Positions 1 to 9,453 of a DNA stretch of 64,000 nucleotides are shown one piece after another; position 1 is the stretch's first letter, and each line of letters starts with the position of its first letter. The position numbers and the translations under genes are program-made. The stretch spans positions 15,765 to 79,764 of the IMG/VR virus record IMGVR_UViG_3300009103_002187; one strand, written 5' to 3'. Under the pieces are notes generated by a model. The model saw nothing but the letters and a program-made list of their open reading frames with translations, searched no databases and was not told the origin of the DNA. Source of the stretch: a virus.

Positions 1-71
1 ATTGACGCCGTCAGACAGCTTTTTTCTAGCCTGTGCATCAAACTTAATTTCCTTATTTGATTCAAACATTA

Positions 72-272
72 TTAATCTCTTAAAACTCTTCGCCGAGACT
101 CTAAAATCAAAGCTCCTGTTTCAACAACACGACGCTCTTTTGTCGTCACGCTTTCTGCAACAATCAGATCTCCAATCCTCAAAGCAATCTCAGTATCTGA
201 AATTAAATTTTTGTCTCTTAGAAGTTTTAAATCGTCACCCCTCAAGGGCGTCTCATAGCTATGTTTACTCAT
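72..272 (-). CDS. hypothetical protein
   Basis: 66-aa ORF in the - strand gene run, GGAG upstream. Confidence 0.7.
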   Translation of the reverse strand: MSKHSYETPLRGDDLKLLRDKNLISDTEIALRIGDLIVAESVTTKERRVVETGALILESRRRVLRD

Positions 273-286
273 CAGTTACTCCACTA

Positions 287-730
287 TTAAGCATTTTGAA
301 CATTTACCTTCGCGACTGTGCCGTCTTCTAACATCACCTCAATGTTATCTAAGCCAGTCATTTTTTTACCCAAAGCAAGGGTATTAACATCTACAACATT
401 GTCTGTTAGAGACTCTTTATCATCTGAGTCAGGGCGTTCTGGAATTACAAAAGAAGATGAAGCTAAGCTTTCAGCCTCACCTACCATCTTATCAATTACA
501 CCTGTGGCATTTGTTATCATAGTTTGACGAACAATGCTTAAGTCTGTAAAGATATTACCCTTGATCTTTGATAGATCAATTCCCTGAGATTTTCCAGGAA
601 CTACAACAATATACGAAGTTGTATCTCCGTTTAATGTCTGCTTAACAATTCGCTCAGACACCTGAACTGGTATTACTCGTTTTGTAGAGCTTGAGATAAT
701 ATATAAAACTTGCCCAACATCATAAGACAT
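287..730 (-). CDS. hypothetical protein
   Basis: 147-aa ORF with AGGAG RBS. Confidence 0.8.
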   Translation of the reverse strand: MSYDVGQVLYIISSSTKRVIPVQVSERIVKQTLNGDTTSYIVVVPGKSQGIDLSKIKGNIFTDLSIVRQTMITNATGVIDKMVGEAESLASSSFVIPERPDSDDKESLTDNVVDVNTLALGKKMTGLDNIEVMLEDGTVAKVNVQNA

Positions 731-776
731 TGCAACTCCTGAACATTAGGAGTATAACATTAGGATGGAGTAAAGT

Positions 777-965
777 TTACTGACTTGATCTAGTATTCAG
801 ATCTTTTGTCAATACTATTATCTCATCCTGTCTGCCAGTTTGACGCTGATAAACTGAAAGTTCGAGAATTCTTAACTCTTCCTTCAGCTTTACCTGCTCT
901 CGGTGACCACCATAATTTTCACAGATTTTTACTAGTCTTTCAACGACTGATTCATGAAGCTTCAT
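777..965 (-). CDS. hypothetical protein
   Basis: 62-aa ORF abutting the upstream gene. Confidence 0.6.
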   Translation of the reverse strand: MKLHESVVERLVKICENYGGHREQVKLKEELRILELSVYQRQTGRQDEIIVLTKDLNTRSSQ

Positions 966-1445
966 TTATCCTACCTTGGAGTTTTTAAAACCGACTCCTG
1001 CAAAACCAATTGTAACTCCTTCTTCTGACCTGTTAATAGGTGCTCCGTAGTTATGCCAGTGTTGTTCACTAACACCGCCCATAGTATCAATTATTGACTG
1101 AATCTCACCTCTTATAGCCTTTCTTAGCTTTCGCTCTTGAACCCGTTGTTTATCGCTTTCAATTGTCTTCAAGATTTCACTTCTAATAGCCTTTCTCAGC
1201 TTAGCTTCCTCAAGATCAACTTCAACTTCTTCAATGTTGACATCTCCTGAGACATTAACATTGACATTGGTTCCTTCGGCTTTGTCATCTTCTTCTTTAT
1301 AAAATAGAGACTCTACGCTTGAATTCACTTGATGAGGCGCGTGTGATGAAACAGGCTCTTCAAAATGATTTTTCTCTGTTAAAAGGTCACTCTCTTTATT
1401 ATGTAAACCTGCAAGCTCTAGAAGCCTGTTGCTGTTAAATTCCAT
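966..1445 (-). CDS. putative virion/head-associated protein carrying both recurrent tags
   Basis: N-terminal RLLELAGL, duplicated LRKAIR(S/G)EI; ATG at 1445 follows GGAG; ATAATTA upstream. Confidence 0.65.
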   Translation of the reverse strand: MEFNSNRLLELAGLHNKESDLLTEKNHFEEPVSSHAPHQVNSSVESLFYKEEDDKAEGTNVNVNVSGDVNIEEVEVDLEEAKLRKAIRSEILKTIESDKQRVQERKLRKAIRGEIQSIIDTMGGVSEQHWHNYGAPINRSEEGVTIGFAGVGFKNSKVG

Positions 1446-1516
1446 TATTAGCACTCCAATCAAAATTCACAGTATAAATCTAATTATGCGCTAATTTAGT
1501 TAAGTTTTATGTTTTT

Positions 1517-2278
1517 TTAAAGTGTCTCTAAGTTAAAAGAGAACTTATCTTCTACATTTTTCCAATATCTCAGACGATCGTATAGCTTGTCAATTCTTTT
1601 TTGATATCGAACTGCCTCTCGATTTTTCATTTGTTTTAGTTTGTCAAGTTTTATCGTTCCTGGCTTCGCTGTGTCAATCCTTTCATAAATTTCTCGCATC
1701 CTAACAACAAACTTTTCAATTGAAGTTTTAATTAGTGCTTCTATCTTTTTAATTTCCAAATTATTTTTATTGATAGCTTCACCGATAATCACATTACACT
1801 TTTTCATTCCCTTATGCTTGTACATCGAGACTTTTCCTCGAGCCCCTGGAGAAATTGGTCGAAAATCATCAATGGTTAGATCTTCAAAGTGTAGAACAGC
1901 AAATGATTTAAAAGTTTCATCAGCAATCACGTATAGATAGTCAAGTGATTTCTTTTGTGCAAGAGTATCTCGATCAGTCTGAAAAGAAATTGATCCATTG
2001 GAATTTCGACTAGTTAATTTGCACTCTACTTCTCTATTGATGTCTTTGATAAAAATATCGGGTTCACCGGTTCTTCCATCCGAAACAACATCTTTAAATT
2101 CTCTACAGAGCTCTTGGCCAAAATATTTCTCTTGTGCCTGAGAAAGAATTACATTTCTTCGTCCAAGGTTTCCCAATAGATCAATCTGATGTGATTGGCA
2201 AAGATGGAGAATATCATCGTGAAATTTGCCCATGTGTTTTAGGGCACTAATTGACATGTCTCTGGTAATATAACTCAT
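1517..2278 (-). CDS. putative PD-(D/E)XK (restriction-endonuclease-like) nuclease
   Basis: QE...GEPDIFI...EVECK motif pattern; AAGGAGG RBS. Confidence 0.6.
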   Translation of the reverse strand: MSYITRDMSISALKHMGKFHDDILHLCQSHQIDLLGNLGRRNVILSQAQEKYFGQELCREFKDVVSDGRTGEPDIFIKDINREVECKLTSRNSNGSISFQTDRDTLAQKKSLDYLYVIADETFKSFAVLHFEDLTIDDFRPISPGARGKVSMYKHKGMKKCNVIIGEAINKNNLEIKKIEALIKTSIEKFVVRMREIYERIDTAKPGTIKLDKLKQMKNREAVRYQKRIDKLYDRLRYWKNVEDKFSFNLETL

Positions 2279-2317
2279 AACGCCTCCTTGAATTATAACA
2301 CGTCAGTATTGTTTTTA

Positions 2318-2686
2318 TCAGGAATCTTCTGTAATAACGTTTCCACGAATTCTCTCAGTGATCTCTCTTCCCTTAATTGCTGCTGTTGTCATTGACTCTA
2401 AGCCCAATGCAGATCTCACAACATCATACACGCCTGGCTCTAAATTTTCCTTTAATACAGCCATATCTGCATACTGGTGCAAATCCATCTGAATTACAGG
2501 AACCTCCTCACCAGATAAGCCAGGCTCATATTCGCCTGTCTCTCTTGACTCAAAAATATAAAGAAGGGACGGCATTGCCTCGCCTTCTGGAACGGGAACA
2601 AATGGTAACTGAGATGTTGCGCTACCATCACTTGACTCCTCATACATTATCTCAGGAATCCAGCTACTGCTATTATTAAAATTCAT
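2318..2686 (-). CDS. hypothetical acidic protein
   Basis: 122-aa ORF. Confidence 0.7.
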   Translation of the reverse strand: MNFNNSSSWIPEIMYEESSDGSATSQLPFVPVPEGEAMPSLLYIFESRETGEYEPGLSGEEVPVIQMDLHQYADMAVLKENLEPGVYDVVRSALGLESMTTAAIKGREITERIRGNVITEDS

Positions 2687-2748
2687 TTTTTTTACCTGGG
2701 GTTAAAACATTAATAAACTGCAAGAAAATGATCGTTAATAGTCTTGTA

Positions 2749-3873
2749 TCATCCCACCTTTTTTATAGCTTCATCAAAAGTTTCTTTTAATATCCTTCCG
2801 TACTCCGTTCCCTCAGGATTGTCAAGGCCAGAATTTTCAAGCATTGCCTGGTGCGTTGTAACAAGCCAACAAACTTGCATAATTGTCTGTAAACCAGCTA
2901 AATTCCATTCATCTTCAACTAGCTCATCTTTATTATAATCACCTCCCGTGAGAGCTTTTTCTAAATCAGATGAAGTTTGAACAACCTTTAAAAACTTTTC
3001 ATATCCCCCAGCTTTTTCCATAATTTCTCCAACGGTTCCCAAACTTGAAATCTTAGCACCCTCAGACACTATATCTTCCATCACAAAGACCTTCATGGAC
3101 TTCTCACCCTCTTCCGCAAGAGATCGAGCATCCTTGTCTTTATTGACAGCATTCTGAACCTCACCCCAACCTAACCATGCCTCCATCGTTCCAAATTTGC
3201 TGTCTGTATCAATAATCTCTTCCTCATTTAACGCAAAGATATCAGTCAATCCTTTTCGATGAATAGATTCATTCTTTTTTACTCCCAATAAAGCATCCAA
3301 CTCCTTAACAACTTCCCCATCTGGATCTTCATCAACAAGTGGGCGCATTAAAACACCGGCCTTTTTAGGCTCCTTGCTAGCAAATCCTGATTGTGAAAGA
3401 AAGGCAACCGGAGCTAGCGCAAATGCCCAGTTGTGTTCGGGCCTACTAAATGATCCAGGATCTGCTCCAGCACCTCCATAACCTCCCAATGGGCCTGTTA
3501 TATATTCTTTATAAACCTGCCCGAGCTTATCGCGGAGCTGATTAGAAGTTTTTCCTCCTGCAAGGATCCTATCATATTCGGGTTTCATCCAAGGAAAGAT
3601 GGTGATTAGAATGCTGTGCCCTATTATCTTTACAGCTTTCTTAGCAGCGTCCTTAACAGCTTTTCCTATCTCTGTAGATGCTTTTTTAGCTGCTGTGCCT
3701 ACCTTTCCAATAGACGCACCGATCGCGGTGCCCACATCGGGAGCAGCCTCAGATAACAGCTCAAGCTGATCCTCAATTGTCAAATTCTCCAAAATTTTCT
3801 TTCTCATTGGAGCATTATTCATGTATGCGATGATCATCTCATCTGTTAGCTTGTCTTCTGGTCCTGTCAACAT
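2749..3873 (-). CDS. hypothetical protein, possibly virion-associated
   Basis: 374-aa ORF; ATAnTTA motifs upstream; LLSE/LNEE-type sites. Confidence 0.7.
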   Translation of the reverse strand: MLTGPEDKLTDEMIIAYMNNAPMRKKILENLTIEDQLELLSEAAPDVGTAIGASIGKVGTAAKKASTEIGKAVKDAAKKAVKIIGHSILITIFPWMKPEYDRILAGGKTSNQLRDKLGQVYKEYITGPLGGYGGAGADPGSFSRPEHNWAFALAPVAFLSQSGFASKEPKKAGVLMRPLVDEDPDGEVVKELDALLGVKKNESIHRKGLTDIFALNEEEIIDTDSKFGTMEAWLGWGEVQNAVNKDKDARSLAEEGEKSMKVFVMEDIVSEGAKISSLGTVGEIMEKAGGYEKFLKVVQTSSDLEKALTGGDYNKDELVEDEWNLAGLQTIMQVCWLVTTHQAMLENSGLDNPEGTEYGRILKETFDEAIKKVG

Positions 3874-3962
3874 TGGGCCGCCTTGTTATAAATCATAAGG
3901 ATCTTCTGCCATTGTATAATTATAATGTGGCACCCTAACTATGTAACAAGGAGATCAATTAA

Positions 3963-4727
3963 ATGACGACAATAGCTCGACTGCGGACCGTGCTTTTTAC
4001 CTTTTTCTCACTCGCAGTCTGTGGCTGTATAAATTATGCTAGTGGCGATTCCACAAGGCAGCTCCCTGAAAATACTGGGCCAAACATTATTGAAAGTGTT
4101 TCTCTCAATCACGTTGAGTCTCAAGCAAGAAACGCTGCTGTAAAAGTTGTTCATCCTCTAGGTGAGGGATATGGATCAGGAACATACACAATTATTAAGG
4201 GTGAGCATGTAGTATTAACAGCAGCGCATGTAGTAGACGACAATCGAAGAATGATCATCTCGGGAAGAAACGGAGAAATGGTCGTCGGAGAAGTCATCTA
4301 CACAGACTTTGGAGCAGATTTTGCTGTAATACACGTACCACGTCTACGAACAAGAACACCAATACCGTTTAAGCCTAGAAATGAGAGATCCGACAATTTT
4401 ATCGGAGACTGGACGACATATACTGGGTTTCCTTCGGGACATGACTTGACAACAATCACGGGAAGAATTGCAAGCATTGATGAATCATCAGACATCTTAA
4501 TCATGCACGGTTACACCTGGATGGGTGCTTCAGGATCTGGTGTTTTCGACGAGCACGGAAATTATATTGGAGTTTTAGTCGCTGTAGATGTTGGTCGATA
4601 TCGTCAAATTCCTCAAATCGTCGAAGATATGGTCTGGGTGGTGCCTGTCAGACAGTTAAATCTAGTTAGCGTATTTGCAAAGATAGAAATGCATAGTCAT
4701 GTTACGGAGATTCCCCATGCACCTTAA
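3963..4727 (+). CDS. trypsin-like (S1) serine protease with signal peptide or lipobox
   Basis: LTAAHV (His), DFAVI (Asp), GASGSGV (Ser); hydrophobic N-terminus ending AVCGC; AGGAG RBS. Confidence 0.85.
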   Translation: MTTIARLRTVLFTFFSLAVCGCINYASGDSTRQLPENTGPNIIESVSLNHVESQARNAAVKVVHPLGEGYGSGTYTIIKGEHVVLTAAHVVDDNRRMIISGRNGEMVVGEVIYTDFGADFAVIHVPRLRTRTPIPFKPRNERSDNFIGDWTTYTGFPSGHDLTTITGRIASIDESSDILIMHGYTWMGASGSGVFDEHGNYIGVLVAVDVGRYRQIPQIVEDMVWVVPVRQLNLVSVFAKIEMHSHVTEIPHAP

Positions 4728-5598
4728 AAAGATACTTTTTGGTCTTTTCGCTTCTTTTTCCCTAAGCTGTACCCAGGATTTCACTGTAGTCGACAAAGAA
4801 GAAACATACGTCATCATTGATTCATTTGTTCAAATGGAGCAAATTGGAAGCCTCGACATTCTTGTAGTTCTCGACAGATCTGGATCAATGCACGATAATG
4901 AAGATGAGGTGGGTACCGGAATGGAGCTTCTAAGAACTGATATTGGTGGGTTAACTGGGGACTATCAATTTGGCTTTATTACCACAGACGGATCAAATCT
5001 GGGATATGTCGGACCATATGACTCTAGCTCTTCAGCAATTGACCTGCTTTTAGCCCCTAGCTTGCTCCCAGCTAACGCACACGGAGAAGCAGGATTTGAA
5101 TCAACATACGTTTTTCTTAGCAGTGACGAAGGAATTCAGTTTAGAAGAACAGAGGCTGACTTTTTATTATTCCTAATCTCTGACGAGGAGGAACAAAGCT
5201 CAATCACCACCAACATATTTTATGATTGGTTGCAGGCAGAGTTTTCAAACGTGAATCATGACGTCGTCTCAATCACCACGTTAGAAAGCTCAACTCTGTG
5301 CAGCGCATGGGAATATGGTTATAAATACGAAGAACTTGCAAATCTTTACGGAAAAGATGCAATCGACATCTGCTCAGAAGACTGGGCAATCTGGCTTTCA
5401 GAAAGCTCATTCCTAACACGACTCAAGGATTATATCGAGCTTAGTCACACACCCATTGCTTCCTCGATCGTGGTATACGTAAATCACGAATCGATCTATG
5501 GGTGGTCATACGATGAAGAAACAAATACCATCTACCTAGATGACACACCCGATTATGGTGCGGTGATTGAGGTGGGATACGATGTGGTAGTTGAGTAG
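4717..5598 (+). CDS. vWA-domain lipoprotein
   Basis: MHLKK...SLSC lipobox; LDILVVLDRSGSM MIDAS motif; ISDEEE. Confidence 0.8.
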   Translation: MHLKKILFGLFASFSLSCTQDFTVVDKEETYVIIDSFVQMEQIGSLDILVVLDRSGSMHDNEDEVGTGMELLRTDIGGLTGDYQFGFITTDGSNLGYVGPYDSSSSAIDLLLAPSLLPANAHGEAGFESTYVFLSSDEGIQFRRTEADFLLFLISDEEEQSSITTNIFYDWLQAEFSNVNHDVVSITTLESSTLCSAWEYGYKYEELANLYGKDAIDICSEDWAIWLSESSFLTRLKDYIELSHTPIASSIVVYVNHESIYGWSYDEETNTIYLDDTPDYGAVIEVGYDVVVE

Positions 5599-5601
5599 AT
5601 T

Positions 5602-8163
5602 TTAAGCTTCTCTTAAAATTGATCGCACTAATCTTCTTAAAGACTCGGCTGCTTGCTCTTCTTCAGGCTGAAACTCCTCAGGCGACAGATTTTCAGGCTG
5701 GGCAACTATAGGCTCTTCAATCTCTTCTGGCACCTCTTCTGGCGTGTCATCAACAGAAATTTCTAGAGGTGCAGTGGTTGTTGCTGTTGTAAATTCAGAC
5801 TTAACAATCGACTTCCAACCTCTCATGCCAAGGATCTGCGGCCCTGTGGACTTACCGTCATTTCGTGCTTTTAAACTAAAATATGGATTTCCAGACGGTC
5901 CCACATTTGCCTTAAGCGTTGTTCCATCGGTAATCCACTCAAATTTTAAATTATCTAAAAATCCCTTCGCCCCACCGATATTTTCAAGATCAAACTTTTC
6001 AATAATCACAGTGACTTCTTCTTTGCAGAGCCAACAAACCCGAAGAACAATAATCGTCTTTGGTGTCGATGAATCCTCTCGAGTTTCTCGACGGGGTCCA
6101 GCCCCAAGGAGATCTTTAGCCCCGGGTATTTTTCCATACATATCAGACCTTATATCAAAAAACGCTGCCATGATATCATCTTTAAATACCTCAGTAAAAG
6201 GTCTTCCGCTTAAAGTCGGTGGATCATGCTTTATTTCACCTATCTCGAGCTGCTCTCCGCTTAACAATTTTGCCAAATCCTCATAGGTCGGTTTCATTGC
6301 CTCTTGATAGGCCTCCTTAGCTAGATTAAATTTTCGGAAAATTGTATCAACCTTTTTCATCAAGTCGTCGATTTTCTCCTTGACTTCAGGATCTTTGACA
6401 GTGCTTATAAGGTTTGCGTACGCTCCTTTTGGATCTTTCCAGGAAATGTACTCTTTGTCTTTACCTCTTGGTGACCTCAGTTGAGGATCTTTCTCATCAG
6501 GTGGCAATCGATTCTTTCGATAAGTGTTGGCTTCTTGCACAGGGCCGTATATAAGATTTTTGATTCGGGTGACCTCCTCCTGTTGCTCAGAAGATAATTT
6601 TTTGAATTTTTCATTATTTTCTGTATAATAAGTCACATCTAAGAATTTTGCAATTTCCTCTCTTTGCGCTCCGGATTCCATGAGTCCGTCTCTGGCAAGA
6701 GTTCCTGCGGGTCGAACAAATCTGCCATCCATTTGATTTGCATCCACAGACCCACTCTCATCTCTAAGATAATCTGTTAGCTTATCTTTCATATGCAAAT
6801 CAAAAATAATTTTCGTTGCCTGATCATAGAGATCTCTAGAATAATATCCTGAAACAGCTCCAAAAATTTTATCTTCCAACTCTTCCGGAGTGGGCTCTTC
6901 CCGTTTTAATTTCCTAATATTCCCAAATCTTCCACCCTTTACCTCCTCGTTAAATTTTACGTGAATGTCTGAAATATCAGTTGGAACATCAACCATACCC
7001 GTATCTTGACCAATAGTTGTAATTAAAGGTCTACCAAGACCTTCTCGAAAAATTGGATTCTTTGTTACAGCTGTGTAAGCTGCTCGATATAAGGCAAATA
7101 TCGTCTTCCTTTCATCGTCAGACAAGCTAGGATCTGTAAAAATATTTTCTGCGTCAGGCGTGTCTTCAAAGGTACCCGGGACAGGTAGCTCACCATTACC
7201 CCCGCGAGGACTTCCTAAAAGCGCATCCAAAACTGAAAACTCCACAAGTTTTCCAATCTTGACCCCTTCACGACCGCCTGTCATATTGGGAAAACAAGGC
7301 TTGGGAGGTCTCTTACATTTTGTATTTGCCTCTTGAATTATGCGAGAGATATATTCTCTAATCAATCTGCTTGAAGTTTTATTTAGAACCTCATTCACTT
7401 TGTCAACTGCTTTTCGAGCATTCACAGGATCTCTCTTTAGCTTTGGACCAATATAGTCCTCAAAGTCAAAAAGATAATCCCTAAATGTTGAATGTGATGC
7501 CATATAATTAAGCAGCCCCTCGAAGGTCAAGACCATGTCAGGGTGAAGATTGATATCTAGCACCTCTAGGATCTTTGCAGGATCTTCAGTTCGAACTGTT
7601 TCTCGACCCTCCATCAAAAAAGTTTGGGGGTTTCCATCAACTCGAACCTGCAAGCCTCCCGGATAAGCGATCGCATATTTCACCTTGCGTTCAGTGGTGC
7701 ATGCTGCGTCACTCTTCTTCCGAGCGATCAGATTGATCAAGGCATTTCGATATGCTCCTTGAATCCCATTTTCATCAACACCTGCGAAAAGCCACGATGT
7801 GTGGTTAATATTTTCACCAGGCATGATGTCAACCTGAACATACTTTCCCGTGGGGCCTTCTGATAGATTAAAGATGGGATACTTCACGTGAATATTACTT
7901 CCCATCTTTCGAACATTTTCAGAACCCAGCGCTGTTGAAAGAAATCTTTCTAGTCTCTCCTTAAAGACAGGCTTGGAATCTCCCATGGGAATTTCAACAG
8001 TGATATCAGCATCTCTGCTGACCGTCTTCTTCCCTGTGCTTCCAATCATCCTATAGGTGTTAATACCTGCAGGGTGAAGATGATTTCTCAAAAAATGATC
8101 TAGCGTTGGCTTACAATCCTCTCGATTAATTCCAGAGGTTCCAACAAATATCGCGCCACCCAT
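5602..8163 (-). CDS. multidomain protein: N-terminal Pol-beta-like nucleotidyltransferase plus unknown C-terminal region
   Basis: IGSTGKK..SRDADI and YVQVDIM; internal LIREYISRIIQEA and terminal LRRLVRSILREA tags. Confidence 0.65.
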   Translation of the reverse strand: MGGAIFVGTSGINREDCKPTLDHFLRNHLHPAGINTYRMIGSTGKKTVSRDADITVEIPMGDSKPVFKERLERFLSTALGSENVRKMGSNIHVKYPIFNLSEGPTGKYVQVDIMPGENINHTSWLFAGVDENGIQGAYRNALINLIARKKSDAACTTERKVKYAIAYPGGLQVRVDGNPQTFLMEGRETVRTEDPAKILEVLDINLHPDMVLTFEGLLNYMASHSTFRDYLFDFEDYIGPKLKRDPVNARKAVDKVNEVLNKTSSRLIREYISRIIQEANTKCKRPPKPCFPNMTGGREGVKIGKLVEFSVLDALLGSPRGGNGELPVPGTFEDTPDAENIFTDPSLSDDERKTIFALYRAAYTAVTKNPIFREGLGRPLITTIGQDTGMVDVPTDISDIHVKFNEEVKGGRFGNIRKLKREEPTPEELEDKIFGAVSGYYSRDLYDQATKIIFDLHMKDKLTDYLRDESGSVDANQMDGRFVRPAGTLARDGLMESGAQREEIAKFLDVTYYTENNEKFKKLSSEQQEEVTRIKNLIYGPVQEANTYRKNRLPPDEKDPQLRSPRGKDKEYISWKDPKGAYANLISTVKDPEVKEKIDDLMKKVDTIFRKFNLAKEAYQEAMKPTYEDLAKLLSGEQLEIGEIKHDPPTLSGRPFTEVFKDDIMAAFFDIRSDMYGKIPGAKDLLGAGPRRETREDSSTPKTIIVLRVCWLCKEEVTVIIEKFDLENIGGAKGFLDNLKFEWITDGTTLKANVGPSGNPYFSLKARNDGKSTGPQILGMRGWKSIVKSEFTTATTTAPLEISVDDTPEEVPEEIEEPIVAQPENLSPEEFQPEEEQAAESLRRLVRSILREA

Positions 8164-8211
8164 ATCAATGACTCCGTCTATATGTTTTAATTATCTTGTA
8201 GATTACCCCTC

Positions 8212-9453
8212 TTACACAAGAGGGACAGAAATTTTTGCTGGAGTTTTACCGTACCTAAAAAACCCAAGGAGCTTATTGATCGGTGTAAACATTCCAGTTA
8301 GCTTACGTGTCTTTCCATTCCACTTAAAGACCACGCCTTCTGTGGCAGTCTCAAAGAGTGACTCGTTGGTCGCAAGCCTGGCAAGCGCAACTCGGATGCT
8401 TTCCAATTGATCCGGATTGGCCTCAATTCGATTCTCATCATATGCTTTTCGAATCTCCTGGACCCGATCAGTGATCTCCTTGTGATTACTCGCAGTAAGA
8501 CTAAACTCCAAGTTTCGAAAGGCATAAGTACCCACGCGTTGGATGATCTCCTCTAGAGGAATGATCGCTTCAGATACCGCTCGAGATCGACGAATCTCGA
8601 CCTCTTTAAACTGCTCCCAATTCTCAGGGGGTGCAACCTTTCGAAATTTCTTGTGCAAATTTCCTCGTCCAGTAGCTAGACGAACAGCGGTATCTTTGAT
8701 CAAAGACCGAGGAATAAATCGATACCTTTGATCAGTGGAGATGTGCTGTCGAACAAGCTCAACAACCAGGTCACGAATTGTGTGTGACCGACTCAATCGA
8801 GATGATCCCAGCAAAGCATCCAAGTCGTCAGTAAGGCTTGCAATTCGATCCTCGCCTTCAATCAAAATTTTCTTTACCTGTGCTTCAGGTGTGTGATCAA
8901 TCTTAAAATTATCAATCAGAACCTTGGCAGAGCTCACAAATTCCTCATAAAGCTTCACATCAGACTCGGACCCAGGAGCAACAGCTGCAACTTGAATGAA
9001 TCGAATCGAAGGCTCATCATAAGCAATGGTATTCGAGCTAGATGGGTGCAACAAGGCGGTCTCAATGAAGATCTTGCCGTCCTGAAAGAGATCTGAATAT
9101 TCGATCGCAACTGGCATCAAGGCCCGATAAGCCTCAGTAAATGCAGTTAGAATATGGGGGTTGTCAGCATACCTCATCTGAATGTCCACGAGATCCATGC
9201 CTCCTCCGGACAACAGACGTCGATAGGAGGCCCCTTTGCTGAGAAACTTCAAATTTCCCTGATGCACCGTAAAGGTTACATTTTGACCATCCATTTTCTC
9301 ATCTAGCTGTGTAAGCGATCCAAACAATGCTGCCTCGATCATCTGATACAGCTCACCGATCGGCATGTCCAGATCCTCATAAAAGTGATAGATGTGAGCA
9401 TCCAGTTTTTCTGGAATAGGCACTGTCTTACCTTGATACATTGGAACGATCAT
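8212..9453 (-). CDS. ATP-dependent ligase-like nucleotidyltransferase (DUF6267-like)
   Basis: HIYHFYED, EKMDG (motif I KxDG), EGVV (motif IV), KLTG (motif V). Confidence 0.65.
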   Translation of the reverse strand: MIVPMYQGKTVPIPEKLDAHIYHFYEDLDMPIGELYQMIEAALFGSLTQLDEKMDGQNVTFTVHQGNLKFLSKGASYRRLLSGGGMDLVDIQMRYADNPHILTAFTEAYRALMPVAIEYSDLFQDGKIFIETALLHPSSSNTIAYDEPSIRFIQVAAVAPGSESDVKLYEEFVSSAKVLIDNFKIDHTPEAQVKKILIEGEDRIASLTDDLDALLGSSRLSRSHTIRDLVVELVRQHISTDQRYRFIPRSLIKDTAVRLATGRGNLHKKFRKVAPPENWEQFKEVEIRRSRAVSEAIIPLEEIIQRVGTYAFRNLEFSLTASNHKEITDRVQEIRKAYDENRIEANPDQLESIRVALARLATNESLFETATEGVVFKWNGKTRKLTGMFTPINKLLGFFRYGKTPAKISVPLV

